Source of the DNA: Nitrospirota bacterium
Lineage (GTDB): Bacteria; Nitrospirota; Nitrospiria; Nitrospirales; Nitrospiraceae
Direction of reading: 5' to 3'
DNA length: 64,000 nucleotides
Assembly: GCA_963703955.1 (NCBI GenBank)
Contig: CAVPGK010000026.1
Coordinates: 1 to 64,000 of the forward strand
The notes below the pieces were generated by a model, which ran no database searches, was not told the origin of the DNA, and saw only the letters and a program-made list of their open reading frames with translations. Positions 42,087-53,478 of this stretch are shown here, one piece after another. A program made the translations under genes and the position numbers. Numbering within the stretch: position 1 is the stretch's first letter; every line of letters begins with the position of its first letter.

Positions 42087-44225
42087 TTACCGGGCGGAGC
42101 CGGGCGGGTCGGCGGCGGGGGCGTACATGACCTCCATATATTCCTTGACCATGCGGCGGGCGCAAAAACGCGGAGCAGTGGTCCGGATCGCGTCCTTGAC
42201 GATCTGGATCCAACCGCGCGGAATGTCATCTCGATCACGCATGTAGTAGAGGGGAACCACGTCCTGTTCGAGAATCCGATAGAGCTGTTCGGCATCATGC
42301 GCGTCTTGAGCCTGTAAATCACCCAAGTCGGTCGATGCGGTGATCGCCCAGCCATTCGCCCCATCGTAGCCTTCCTGCCACCAGCCGTCCAAGACGCTGA
42401 GGTTCGGCACCCCATTGAGGGCGGCCTTCTGCCCACTCGTGCCGCTGGCCTCCATGGGCGGGCGCGGGTTGTTGAGCCAGACATCGACTCCCTGAACCAA
42501 ATACTTGGCCATGTGCATGTCGTAATCAGGGAGGAAGGCCACCTGTCCGCCTAGGCCATGGTCCTTGCAGAAACTGTAGACCTGGTGAATGAACTGACGA
42601 CCGGGCTCGTCGGCAGGGTGAGCTTTCCCTGCAAAGATAAGTTGAACAGGACGCCAGCGATCCTGGAGGAGAGTCTTGAGCCGTGATACAGCGGTAAAGA
42701 TCAGCGTGGCCCGTTTGTAGGTAGCGAATCGACGGGCGAACGCGATGGTCAACGCCTCGGGGTCGAGCAAGGTTCCTCCGGCCAACACCTGAGCGGGCTC
42801 CAGATCCCGCTGCATCCAGCCCGCGCGCGCGCGCTCTCGGATGAAGCTCATCAATTTTCGCTTTAAGGTTTGTCGGGCCGCCCACAGTTCGTTTTCGGGA
42901 ATGTCGGTGACCCGATGCCAGATCGCCGAGTCATCCAACCGTTCAGTCCAATCCGGTCCCAAATATTTGCTGTACAGATGGTTGAGCTCAGGGGCGACCC
43001 ACGTCGGGACGTGGATCCCGTTGGTGATGCTCCGAATCGGCACCCGATCCTCGGGAAGATCGGGCCACAGGCTGCGCCACATCTTGCGGGACACACGCCC
43101 GTGCTCGCGGCTGACCCCGTTGACGTGCGCGGACATACGCAAGGCGAGCGCCGTCATATTGAACCCGGCGAGGGGGAATTCCGGGTGTTCGCCCAATTTG
43201 AGGAAGGCGTCACGTGTGAGCCCGAGCTGCGGCCAGTACTGGTGAAAATACTGGTCCATCAGCTCGTGTGGAAATACATCGTGTCCGGCCGGCACAGGAG
43301 TGTGCGTGGTGAAGATAGTGTGCGCCCGCACGTATGCCATGGCCGCTGCAGGTGACTGTCCGGTCTGCACTACTTCCCTGCAGAGTTCGAGCGTCAAAAA
43401 GGCCGAGTGGCCCTCATTGGCGTGCCATACGACTGGAGCGATTCCGAGCGCTCGCAAGACCCGCACACCGCCGATCCCCAGCAGAATTTCCTGGCATACG
43501 CGAACCTCCTGGCCACCTCCGTAGAGTTGGGCAGAGAGGTCACGATCGCTCCGGCTGTTGTCCGGAGTGTCGGTGTCGATTAAATAGAGTAACCCTCGGC
43601 CGACTTGAATCCGCCAGACGTGGATCGTGACCATTCGCTGGCCGAGTTCTACCTTGACCTGGCAGGGTTCTCCGGATGGAGTGATGGCGGGGTGGATCGG
43701 AGATTCCAGTCGGTTGAACGGTTCCCGCTGCGCCTCTTGCCACCCGTCGGGCGTGATCCGCTGGTGAAAGTACCCTTGCGGATACATGAATCCGATGCCC
43801 ACGAGCGGCAGGCCCAGATCGCTGGCTTCTTTGCAATGGTCGCCGGCCAGGATCCCCAATCCGCCGCTGTAAATCGGAACTGAACTATGGAGACCGAACT
43901 CCGCTGAAAAGTAGGCAATGGTACGGTTGTTCAATTGCGGGTATCGAGTTGCGAACCACGTGCCCTCGCGGGCCATATAGTGATCATACGATTTGAGGGC
44001 CGCAGAGTAGTGGCGAAGAAAGGCCGGGTCCTCTTGTAAGGCGGAGAGTCGATCCGGTTTTAAATCCTGGAGCAATTTGACAGGATTGTGTCGCGAGAGG
44101 CGCCACACCGTCGGATCAATAGTTTCGAAAAGTCCCCGCGTTTCCGGGTGCCAACTCCACCACACATTGTTGGCCAGTTCCTGAAGCCGAGTCAGGCCGG
44201 CGGGCAAAGACTGGCGATCGCTCAC
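42087..44225 (-). CDS. glgP: Alpha-glucan phosphorylase
   Basis: AYFSAEFG, YSGGLGILAGDH, ARRFATYKRA, PLP-site motif EASGTSGQKA. Confidence 0.95.
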   Translation of the reverse strand: MSDRQSLPAGLTRLQELANNVWWSWHPETRGLFETIDPTVWRLSRHNPVKLLQDLKPDRLSALQEDPAFLRHYSAALKSYDHYMAREGTWFATRYPQLNNRTIAYFSAEFGLHSSVPIYSGGLGILAGDHCKEASDLGLPLVGIGFMYPQGYFHQRITPDGWQEAQREPFNRLESPIHPAITPSGEPCQVKVELGQRMVTIHVWRIQVGRGLLYLIDTDTPDNSRSDRDLSAQLYGGGQEVRVCQEILLGIGGVRVLRALGIAPVVWHANEGHSAFLTLELCREVVQTGQSPAAAMAYVRAHTIFTTHTPVPAGHDVFPHELMDQYFHQYWPQLGLTRDAFLKLGEHPEFPLAGFNMTALALRMSAHVNGVSREHGRVSRKMWRSLWPDLPEDRVPIRSITNGIHVPTWVAPELNHLYSKYLGPDWTERLDDSAIWHRVTDIPENELWAARQTLKRKLMSFIRERARAGWMQRDLEPAQVLAGGTLLDPEALTIAFARRFATYKRATLIFTAVSRLKTLLQDRWRPVQLIFAGKAHPADEPGRQFIHQVYSFCKDHGLGGQVAFLPDYDMHMAKYLVQGVDVWLNNPRPPMEASGTSGQKAALNGVPNLSVLDGWWQEGYDGANGWAITASTDLGDLQAQDAHDAEQLYRILEQDVVPLYYMRDRDDIPRGWIQIVKDAIRTTAPRFCARRMVKEYMEVMYAPAADPPGSAR

Positions 44226-44330
44226 ACGTCCTCCTTATGGAACAGGCGAGAGACACAAGCCGAGAGGCAGCAGGAAAGCATGCTAAGATTCTCTCCCTAT
44301 GCCCCTCAGTCCCGAGCCCTCGCCTGATGT

Positions 44331-45182
44331 TTATGCGTGACCGATCTGATGCCAGCTGGCCCAATCATCCGAAAAGGCGACAGCGGCATATCGTTCCCCC
44401 AGGATCCGGGTGAGGCGGTTCATCAGCCGAGACAATTGCTGCGCCTCTTCTGGCTTGAGATCTTGTCGGAAACGAGGGTGGAGGCCCCAGCGGGTCTCCA
44501 CCGCTTCTCCTTCCATCGCTGACATCACGCTGATCAGCTTGATTTCGTTTCCGGTCCCGCGACCTGGAGATGACTGACTGTCAACGGTCGCCTGGCCTGC
44601 GGGCTGCAAGGGATCCGCACCGGTGGTCACTCCTGTCGTCATGGCCCCCCCGAAAGCTGCGTTCATCGCCGGAATAGCGGCGTTGGCACACATGCTTGCG
44701 GCGGAGATCACGAGGCCGTTGCCAGGCACGTCCATAGCTTCCGCGACACGCTCGCCGAACAGTCTCAAGAGCTGCTCCTTCTTTGGGCTTTCTTCGGCGG
44801 GGACGAAGGCAAACGGCTCGTATATCCGACGGCTTTCCGACACCGTCTTCCCGATTGTCAGGACCACCTCCATCACATCCGTATCCGAGCCCAAAGCCGG
44901 AGCCAAGACGGCTTTCAGTTGCTGGGAGACGGTGTCTTCGAGGCTGTTCATGAAATGAGGGCGTTCCTGGATCGGGAGATGAAACGCGACGAGGCGATCA
45001 GCGAGATTGAATAACACCTTAAGAAACTCCAAATACACGTTCCATTCTTGCTGTTTTTTCATCTTCAGCGCCTGTTCGGGGGCACTACGTTTCACCATCA
45101 TGACGGATTCGCCTGCGACCGCCAGCATGAGGCCCGCGAGTTCGCGCAAGATGTGAAGATGAGTTCCTTCGCTTGTTGGCAT
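44331..45182 (-). CDS. Hypothetical protein
   Basis: Long ORF with no recognised motif. Confidence 0.7.
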   Translation of the reverse strand: MPTSEGTHLHILRELAGLMLAVAGESVMMVKRSAPEQALKMKKQQEWNVYLEFLKVLFNLADRLVAFHLPIQERPHFMNSLEDTVSQQLKAVLAPALGSDTDVMEVVLTIGKTVSESRRIYEPFAFVPAEESPKKEQLLRLFGERVAEAMDVPGNGLVISAASMCANAAIPAMNAAFGGAMTTGVTTGADPLQPAGQATVDSQSSPGRGTGNEIKLISVMSAMEGEAVETRWGLHPRFRQDLKPEEAQQLSRLMNRLTRILGERYAAVAFSDDWASWHQIGHA

Positions 45183-45467
45183 GTCTGTTTCCACCGTGGC
45201 CCATTATATACAAGAGAATCTTTACATCCAAGGGGCGCACGGCGCGAGGAAGCAGTCGCATCATCCCTGTGCACGCCGCCCAACCGGTCGTGACTGTGTC
45301 TTGATGAGCTACAGTAGTGCGGCGGAAGGGTCGGTGTGTAAATGAATGTGCACAAGGTGGCCGCAGGGCTACAATCCGTTCGTCAGCGTGATAGTTCGGC
45401 TGTGCGCCTCTCGTTGCATGAGAGCAAGTGGTGTGTTATACAGCGCTGCTCACCCCATGAGGATGCC

Positions 45468-47489
45468 ATGGACCGAGAGATGAAACCCTACGTACTCCGA
45501 CAAGCCATTGACGAGTCAGCCGTATCGAAGATGTCTCTTGACTATGCTCAGGCGCTGAATCCTCAACAATTGGCGGCCGTGACAGCCGGTGAGGGACCTG
45601 CGCTCGTCATCGCCGGCGCGGGTAGTGGTAAGACCCGCACGCTTGTCTATCGCGTGGCTTATCTGATCGACAGAGGCATCGATCCGGCTAGCATTCTTCT
45701 AGTGACTTTTACCAGGAAGGCCGCTCAAGAAATGCTCAGTCGGGCAGGTACGCTCATCGGATCGCGCAGTGAGCGCGTGACGGGTGGGACCTTTCATTCG
45801 GTGGCGAACACGTTCTTGCGCCGGTACGGAAAACCGATCGGCCTGGAGCCGAGTTTTACGATTCTCGACCGCGGCGATGCGGAGGATTTAATCAACCTGT
45901 TGCGGGCGCAACTCGGACTGAACGAGAAAGACAAACGTTTCCCACGGAAAGGCACCATTGGGGAGATTTTCAGCCGATGTGAAAACACATTGGAGTCCTT
46001 GGAAGACGTCGTGCTGACCGAGTACTCGCATTTTTCAGAGCACATTGATGCGCTGGTCACGCTGAAGCGCGCGTTTGAGACGGCCAAGCGACAGCGGCAG
46101 TTGTTGGACTACGATGATCTCCTCGTCAGACTCCGGGAGTTGTTGAGCGCGCATGTGTCCGTGCGGGAGGCCATCTCTCGGCGATTTCGGTTCATTCTTG
46201 TCGATGAATATCAGGATACGAATCGTCTCCAGGCTGATCTGGTCAGAAAGCTTGCGGTGACTCATGACAACGTCATGGTAGTCGGTGATGATTCGCAATC
46301 CATCTATGCGTTTCGCGGAGCCTCGTTTCGGAACATCATGGAATTTCCCGATTTTTTCCCCGGCGCGGCGATCTTTAAGCTGGAGGAAAATTATCGGAGC
46401 ACCCAACCGATTCTGAATCTGGCGAACGAAATCATCAGTGGAGCGCCTGAGAAATACAGCAAGCATCTGTTTACACGAAAACTCGATGGACCATTGCCGG
46501 TGCTGGTGCAGGCGTCCGGTGAGAATGCACAATCCCGGTTCATCGCACAAAAGATCCTCGAATTGCGGGAAGAGGGAATTCCACTGGATGACATGGCCGT
46601 ACTCTTCCGTTCTAGCTTTCACTCTTTTGATCTGGAGATCGAGTTGTCGAAGAGGGAAGTGCCCTTTGTTAAACGAGGCGGCTTCAAATTTATCGAGACA
46701 TCGCACGTCAAGGATCTGCTTGCCCATCTTAGAGTGCTTGAAAATCCATTAGACGCGGTGAGCTGGAACCGCGTGCTCTTGCTGGTCGACGGGGTCGGTC
46801 CAAAGAAAGCGCAGGAATTGATCGCGTCGCTGATCAAGCCTGATCGACCTGATCAGTTCCCGATTGACGCGCTCAGAGAGGTGAGCGGCCGGTCTTCGCG
46901 GGGACTGAAAGATCTGGCCCGGGTGCTGGAGGAGGCGGCGCGCATCGGTTCGCTGACACCGGTGGAGCAGGTCAACGAAGTGCACGGGTATTATCTCCCC
47001 ATTCTAAAAGAGCAGTATGACGACTACCCCAAACGGATTCGAGACCTCGAGCATCTGTACACCATGGCTGAGCGGTACCAGAGCCTGGAGGAATTTTTGA
47101 CGGATCTCGCGCTGGAACCTCCAGACCAGAGTGTGGCTGGCATTGAAGCTGCCGATCGAGACAACGAACGGTTAGTCCTCTCGACGATCCATTCGGCCAA
47201 GGGCCTGGAGTGGCAATGCGTCTTCGTCATCTGGGTTGTGGATGGCCGTTTTCCTTCCGCCTATTCCTTCGTCACCGAGGACGAATTGGAAGAGGAGCGT
47301 CGTCTCTTTTACGTGGCCGTCACCCGCGCCAAACGCCACCTCTTCCTCACGTATCCGATCAATATCTACGATAAGACCACAGGTTCCGTGCTCTCCAAGC
47401 CGTCTCGCTTTCTTGACCACGTGCCTGCCTCTCTCCTGGATACCTGGGCGTTGGTGGAGGAGGGTGGCTTCCGTGACCAATGGGACTAA
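45468..47489 (+). CDS. UvrD/Rep/PcrA-family ATP-dependent helicase
   Basis: AGAGSGKT, VDEYQDTN, LEENYRS, STIHSAKGLEW, EERRLFYVAVTRA. Confidence 0.95.
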   Translation: MDREMKPYVLRQAIDESAVSKMSLDYAQALNPQQLAAVTAGEGPALVIAGAGSGKTRTLVYRVAYLIDRGIDPASILLVTFTRKAAQEMLSRAGTLIGSRSERVTGGTFHSVANTFLRRYGKPIGLEPSFTILDRGDAEDLINLLRAQLGLNEKDKRFPRKGTIGEIFSRCENTLESLEDVVLTEYSHFSEHIDALVTLKRAFETAKRQRQLLDYDDLLVRLRELLSAHVSVREAISRRFRFILVDEYQDTNRLQADLVRKLAVTHDNVMVVGDDSQSIYAFRGASFRNIMEFPDFFPGAAIFKLEENYRSTQPILNLANEIISGAPEKYSKHLFTRKLDGPLPVLVQASGENAQSRFIAQKILELREEGIPLDDMAVLFRSSFHSFDLEIELSKREVPFVKRGGFKFIETSHVKDLLAHLRVLENPLDAVSWNRVLLLVDGVGPKKAQELIASLIKPDRPDQFPIDALREVSGRSSRGLKDLARVLEEAARIGSLTPVEQVNEVHGYYLPILKEQYDDYPKRIRDLEHLYTMAERYQSLEEFLTDLALEPPDQSVAGIEAADRDNERLVLSTIHSAKGLEWQCVFVIWVVDGRFPSAYSFVTEDELEEERRLFYVAVTRAKRHLFLTYPINIYDKTTGSVLSKPSRFLDHVPASLLDTWALVEEGGFRDQWD

Positions 47490-47502
47490 TGAACGGCGGA
47501 CT

Positions 47503-48411
47503 GTGCGCCGTTGGCTTCCCATTCTTCTCATACTCTGGATAAGCACACACTGGTGTCATGTGCTGAGTGCCTTCTCCGCCGATTCATCAGCGGAGCCTTC
47601 CCGTGACTCCAAAACGCTCTGGGAAATGTTGATCGGCCAAGCCGATAGCATTGGGTTGCCGACGCGGTTTGTGAAAACGATCCCACCGGGTTTTGTCACG
47701 CTGGAATTCGATGACCTCCACGCCTTTGCCGCAGAGTACCATCCCGATCAGCATCGTATGGTGCTGAACCGAACGCTCTCGTTCAATGCGGCGGGCGGCG
47801 TCCTCGAATCTCTGACCAAACTGCCTCCGCGCGAACTGGGCACGCTCTACCACGAACTGTTTCACGCGTATATGGATTACATCACTGTGGTCCCGACACC
47901 AAGCGATGCCGAGTCACGCGCGGCGGAACTGTATGCCTTCGCGAAGGACCGGCAGGAGTGTCGGTACCGGCAAGTCAAGATCACGCCGATTCTTCAGCGA
48001 AAGAGCCACACTGAAACGCGATGGCTGACCGATCGTGAATCCTGGGAGGCGCTGAATGAAACGTGGGCTGTATTCGTTGGATGGGCGGTATGGACCAGTT
48101 TAGGAGGGCAGGGCACAGGATCGCAGAAGAGGGGAGAAGCTGGCCAACGTGCACCCGAAGGGTGGCTGAAGCGACTCAAGAATGCCGATCGCGATGCAGA
48201 TTTGCTCGGCTATTATGAGCCTGAGGATACGGCGGAACGCGGTATGGCCCGCAAGCGGTATCTTGCCCCCTCGAACCGGATTACGCCGCAAGAAGTAGGT
48301 ATCCTGCTTGAGCAAGTACTCGAATATTCAGACGAACTTGCTCGAAGATCCACGAGAGTCATGGAACAGAACCGACCTTCATTGCCCGGTAGTCCCCCCT
48401 GCCAGAGATAA
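47503..48411 (+). CDS. Exported protein with an HExxH motif (putative zinc peptidase)
   Basis: Signal-like N-terminus, LYHELFHAY, downstream LNETWA. Confidence 0.65.
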   Translation: MRRWLPILLILWISTHWCHVLSAFSADSSAEPSRDSKTLWEMLIGQADSIGLPTRFVKTIPPGFVTLEFDDLHAFAAEYHPDQHRMVLNRTLSFNAAGGVLESLTKLPPRELGTLYHELFHAYMDYITVVPTPSDAESRAAELYAFAKDRQECRYRQVKITPILQRKSHTETRWLTDRESWEALNETWAVFVGWAVWTSLGGQGTGSQKRGEAGQRAPEGWLKRLKNADRDADLLGYYEPEDTAERGMARKRYLAPSNRITPQEVGILLEQVLEYSDELARRSTRVMEQNRPSLPGSPPCQR

Positions 48412-48518
48412 CGAAACCTCGAGATCATCTAGTTTCGCGACGGTCCTTCACCATTCCCTCCAACGGAGCAGAACGTGCTCGCTTGAATGAGAAAAGTAAG
48501 CCCGAATGGCTTTCCCTC

Positions 48519-48547
48519 TTGACATGGGGCGTCGTGGCCAATAGAAT
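48519..48547 (+). promoter_or_regulatory. sigma70 promoter upstream of the tRNA-tuf operon
   Basis: TTGACA-17 bp-TAGAAT. Confidence 0.75.
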
Positions 48548-48688
48548 TACATGCTTCTGGAACCAAAGCATTTTCCATCCTGAAACAGTTATCCATTTTG
48601 TGTCCGTTGACCAGAGGGAAACTGTGGGCGGGGTGGTTTGCTTTGAGTCCTTAACCTGAATGATGCAATTATCCAAAGATCATCCAGA

Positions 48689-48773
48689 GGGCAGGTACCC
48701 AAGTGGACAAAGGGGGCAGACTGTAAATCTGTTGCCATCGGCTTCCAAGGTTCGAATCCTTGCCTGCCCACCA
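48689..48773 (+). tRNA. tRNA-Tyr(GTA)
   Basis: GGGCAGG/CCTGCCC stem, CTGTAAA loop, long variable arm, CCA. Confidence 0.97.
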
Positions 48774-48980
48774 GACCATGTGAGTACCGCCCGCTTCGAT
48801 CACCTGCGGTCGGATGTTGGTTTTGAGTTTGATAAGGCCGAGTTTTCCTAGTTCCATCCACTTCAACCAACTGCGGATCGTCGATACGTCGAGAGATGTT
48901 TTGAAAGTCTGCTTGCGTCGCGCGCTTTGGATGTCAGACGGGATAATCACACGATAATAACGACGGGCAATGATGACGAT

Positions 48981-49055
48981 GCGGGCGTAGCTCAGTGGTA
49001 GAGTTCCAGCCTTCCAAGCTGGCTGTCACGGGTTCAAATCCCGTCGCCCGCTCCA
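48981..49055 (+). tRNA. tRNA-Gly(TCC)
   Basis: GCGGGCG/CGCCCGC stem, CTTCCAA loop, CCA. Confidence 0.97.
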
Positions 49056-49126
49056 ATGGAAACTCTTTAGCAACGTATCTGAACAGACCGCGTGTGCATG
49101 AGGCTGTCGAGTTGGGACTTTGAGTT

Positions 49127-49202
49127 GCCCACGTAGCTCAGTTGGTAGAGCACGTCCTTGGTAAGGACGAGGTCACGCGTTCAATCCGCGTCGTGGGCTC
49201 CA
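49127..49202 (+). tRNA. tRNA-Thr(GGT)
   Basis: GCCCACG/CGTGGGC stem, TTGGTAA loop, CCA. Confidence 0.97.
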
Positions 49203-49313
49203 GCTGTCGGCGGGGCACTAGTGTCGGCGTTTTCTGCAGGCATCGTTCCTGCCTTTTTACCGCTCAAATCGGACAGCCATTGTGACTGACAAAATATAAG
49301 CAAGGAGGGGGAC

Positions 49314-50519
<1,206 letters not shown>

Positions 50520-50539
50520 TGATTAAGCGATCATCGGAG

Positions 50540-50677
50540 GCGGAAATGGCGACGCTGCCTCCGTGCTCGCAGAGCGCGCCCGATCGGAATGTGCCCGCTT
50601 AGGGAAGGGGCGCGTCTTGGCGCCTGGGGCGGGCGGGTGAAAGGGATGCGCAGTAGAGGCAGCGTCGCCATTCCCGC
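50540..50677. repeat. Inverted-repeat-bounded intergenic element (REP/MITE-like)
   Basis: 22-bp terminal inverted repeats (21/22 match); internal G-rich motif shared with 51026-51066. Confidence 0.75.
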
Positions 50678-50719
50678 AAGAGCTTGCCCCGCAGGCAGTT
50701 GAGGATGAGGAGTTAGAAG

Positions 50720-50869
50720 ATGCGTGACATTATCTCGATGGCATGTTCAGTCTGTAAACGACGGAACTATTCGACGATGAAAAATAAGAAGAATGATCCG
50801 GATCGCATTGAGCGAAACAAGTATTGCCGGTTTTGCCGCAAGCACCAACCGCACAAGGAAGTGAAGTAG
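50720..50869 (+). CDS. rpmG: 50S ribosomal protein L33 (two CxxC pairs); below the ORF-track size cutoff
   Basis: [49 protein letters not shown]. Confidence 0.97.
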   Translation: MRDIISMACSVCKRRNYSTMKNKKNDPDRIERNKYCRFCRKHQPHKEVK

Positions 50870-50922
50870 GGCACGAGGCGATGAGTCGAGGTTAGGACAT
50901 TCTTCAGATCTTGAGTTTTATC

Positions 50923-51091
50923 AGGATGCTCAAAAAAGCCAGCCACCGAGGCCGCAGACGGAATCAAAACCGGAGGCGTAGCCCCGCGCTACGTCGAGGA
51001 TTTTGATGAGCCGGGAACGAAGCTCGGGAAGGGGCGCGTCTAGGCGTGCCTGGGGCGGGGCGGGTGTGAATGTTGTCTTTTTCAGCATCCT
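50923..51091. repeat. Inverted-repeat-bounded intergenic element (REP/MITE-like)
   Basis: AGGATGCTCAAAAA...TTTTTCAGCATCCT termini (13/14); the 5' half resembles 58573-58648. Confidence 0.75.
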
Positions 51092-51095
51092 ACAG

Positions 51096-51172
51096 AGGGG
51101 CATGGTGTTCAACGGCTAGCACGTCGGTCTCCAAAACCGAAGGTCCGGGTTCGATTCCTGGTGCCCCTGCCA
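51096..51172 (+). tRNA. tRNA-Trp(CCA)
   Basis: AGGGGCA/TGCCCCT stem, CTCCAAA loop, CCA; located between rpmG and secE. Confidence 0.95.
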
Positions 51173-51226
51173 GGCCGGCCATCTGACTTGGCCGGGACCG
51201 CGACCGGCGCAGAGGAGTGCGTTGTC

Positions 51227-51421
51227 ATGGTTTCAAGATTGTGGTCGTCAATCAGCGAATTTGTGAATGAGGTCAAAGCTGAGTTCCGGAAGATTTCCTT
51301 TCCCACCAAAGCGGAGACCATCGGATCCACCACTGTCGTCATTATTTTCTGTGTGATCATGTCGATCTACCTTTCGGTCGTGGACACATTCCTCGTCTGG
51401 TTGATCAGAAAGGTCATTTGA
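51227..51421 (+). CDS. secE: Preprotein translocase subunit SecE
   Basis: EV..EFRKISFPT..ET plus one TM helix; synteny. Confidence 0.95.
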   Translation: MVSRLWSSISEFVNEVKAEFRKISFPTKAETIGSTTVVIIFCVIMSIYLSVVDTFLVWLIRKVI

Positions 51422-51459
51422 TCATAGGTTCGCGAACGGTCGAGTTGAGGGTTTGAGGA

Positions 51460-52002
51460 ATGCTGATGAATAAGAATTGGTATGTCATTCACACCTATGC
51501 CGGATTCGAAGGGCGGGTCAAGACCAGCATTCTGGAGCGTGCGAACCAGATGGGACTTGTGGAAAAACTCGGTCAGGTGCTGGTGCCGACAGAAGACGTT
51601 ATAGAGATCAAGGACGGTAAGCGTCGGACCTCACGACGGAAGTTTTTCCCGGGCTATGTCCTCGTGGAGTTGGAAACTCCGCTCACGGATGAGACCGTCC
51701 AAATGATCAAGGAAACTCCGAAGGTCACGGGGTTTGTCGGCGGCGGGCCGCGTCCGATTCCATTGACGTCGGATGAGGCCGATTCACTTCTCAAACAAGT
51801 TGATTCGGGAACGGCCACGCCCAGGGAGCAGGTCCGCTTTATTAAAGGAGATAACGTCCGGATCATCGACGGTCCGTTCTTGGGTTTCAACGGGCTGATT
51901 GACGAAGTCGATGCCGATCACAATCGAGTGAAGGTGCTGGTCAGCATCTTCGGCCGATCGACCCCAGTCGAACTTGGATTTTTGCAGGTGGAGAGAATCT
52001 AG
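51460..52002 (+). CDS. nusG: Transcription factor NusG
   Basis: WYVIHTYAG.E, FFPGYVLV, SIFGRSTPVEL. Confidence 0.98.
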   Translation: MLMNKNWYVIHTYAGFEGRVKTSILERANQMGLVEKLGQVLVPTEDVIEIKDGKRRTSRRKFFPGYVLVELETPLTDETVQMIKETPKVTGFVGGGPRPIPLTSDEADSLLKQVDSGTATPREQVRFIKGDNVRIIDGPFLGFNGLIDEVDADHNRVKVLVSIFGRSTPVELGFLQVERI

Positions 52003-52088
52003 TCGAGCACGGTCGTCCTGTTTCCTGTTTCTGTAAGCCGTGTGAAGGCTGATCGCTGTGCACTCGCTGGCCCATAAGGAGTTGAAGA

Positions 52089-52511
52089 ATGGCGAAGGAG
52101 ATAACCGGCCAAATCAAACTGCAGATTCCAGCAGGGAAAGCCAACCCGGCCCCACCTGTCGGCCCCTCCCTCGGGCAGCATGGTGTGAATATCATGGAGT
52201 TCTGCAAACAGTTCAACGCCAAGACTCAGAAGGAAGAAGGCAGCATCATCCCTGTGGTGATTACAGTCTACAAAGACCGCACGTTCACCTTTATTACACG
52301 GACTCCTCCGGCCTCAGACCTGTTGAAAAAGGCATCGGGCATCATTAAGGGATCCGGAGTCCCACACAAAGATAAGGTGGGCAAGATCACGAAGGCTCAA
52401 CTGCGCGACATCGCGAAGCAGAAGATGTCGGATCTGAATGCCGTCGACCTTGAGGGTGCGATCAAGATCATTGAAGGAACCGCGCGGAGCATGGGTGTGG
52501 TGATTCAGTAA
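52089..52511 (+). CDS. rplK: 50S ribosomal protein L11
   Basis: [25 protein letters not shown]. Confidence 0.99.
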   Translation: MAKEITGQIKLQIPAGKANPAPPVGPSLGQHGVNIMEFCKQFNAKTQKEEGSIIPVVITVYKDRTFTFITRTPPASDLLKKASGIIKGSGVPHKDKVGKITKAQLRDIAKQKMSDLNAVDLEGAIKIIEGTARSMGVVIQ

Positions 52512-52732
52512 TGGGCCCAGCGCGATCGGCGGCGGGGCTGACCTCGCGCTCCATGCAGCTCAGATCACGGAGGAAGATGGTGTGTCTCCATTCGCCTGAG
52601 GATCGACTGACGTGGCGCGTGAGATAGGTGCTGAACATTGATGAAACCGTGCGCGCAGGCAAGCAACGCCTCAATGAGTCCCGCAAGCTTTGAGCGGCAA
52701 GGGGAGAAAGAAAGAAGGAAGGGGTAGGCGAC

Positions 52733-53425
52733 ATGGGGAAGAATATGACAGTGGCGATGGGGAAGATCCAGCCGAGACTGTACGGTCTCAAGGAAGCCAT
52801 GGATGTCGTCAAGCAATCGGCGTATGCCAAGTTCGATGAATCGGTGGACCTGGCGCTCCGGCTTGGCGTTGACCCCAAGCGGGCCGATCAGATGGTTCGC
52901 GGTACCACGGTCCTTCCTCATGGAACAGGCAAGAAGGTTCGGGTGCTGGTCTTCGCCAAGGGTGAGAAGGAGCAGGAGGCGCGAGCGGCGGGTGCGGATC
53001 ATGTGGGCGCGGACGACCTCATGGAAAAAATCAAAGGAGGGTGGATGGAGTTCGATCAGGCCATTTCCACTCCGGATCTCATGGCCGCGGTGGGAAAACT
53101 GGGAAAAGTCCTTGGCCCGCGCGGGCTGATGCCTAATCCTAAGACCGGCACGGTGACGTTCGAGGTAGCCAAGGCAATCGGCGATATCAGGAAGGGGCGA
53201 GTTGAATACAAGGTAGAAAAGGCGGGGATTGTCCAGGTGCCGATCGGAAAAGTGTCGTTTGACGCCACGCGGCTGTACGAGAACGCTCATTCCATCATTG
53301 AATCCGTGATGAAAGCCAAGCCCGCCTCCTGCAAGGGTCGGTACCTAAAGAGCGCAACGGTGTCGAGCACCATGGGACCTGGCGTCCGGCTCGACACGGT
53401 TGCCATTACAAAACAATGGAGCTAG
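52733..53425 (+). CDS. rplA: 50S ribosomal protein L1
   Basis: [26 protein letters not shown]. Confidence 0.99.
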   Translation: MGKNMTVAMGKIQPRLYGLKEAMDVVKQSAYAKFDESVDLALRLGVDPKRADQMVRGTTVLPHGTGKKVRVLVFAKGEKEQEARAAGADHVGADDLMEKIKGGWMEFDQAISTPDLMAAVGKLGKVLGPRGLMPNPKTGTVTFEVAKAIGDIRKGRVEYKVEKAGIVQVPIGKVSFDATRLYENAHSIIESVMKAKPASCKGRYLKSATVSSTMGPGVRLDTVAITKQWS

Positions 53426-53478
53426 GTAATGGACGCGCTGCGCGTTGAATCGGCTAGGCAGATCGACAGGAGAGTTGA

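Noticed and set aside
52512..52732. Structured leader or small gene between rplK and rplA
   Set aside because: The spacer is long, but I could not support a specific RNA motif or coding frame.
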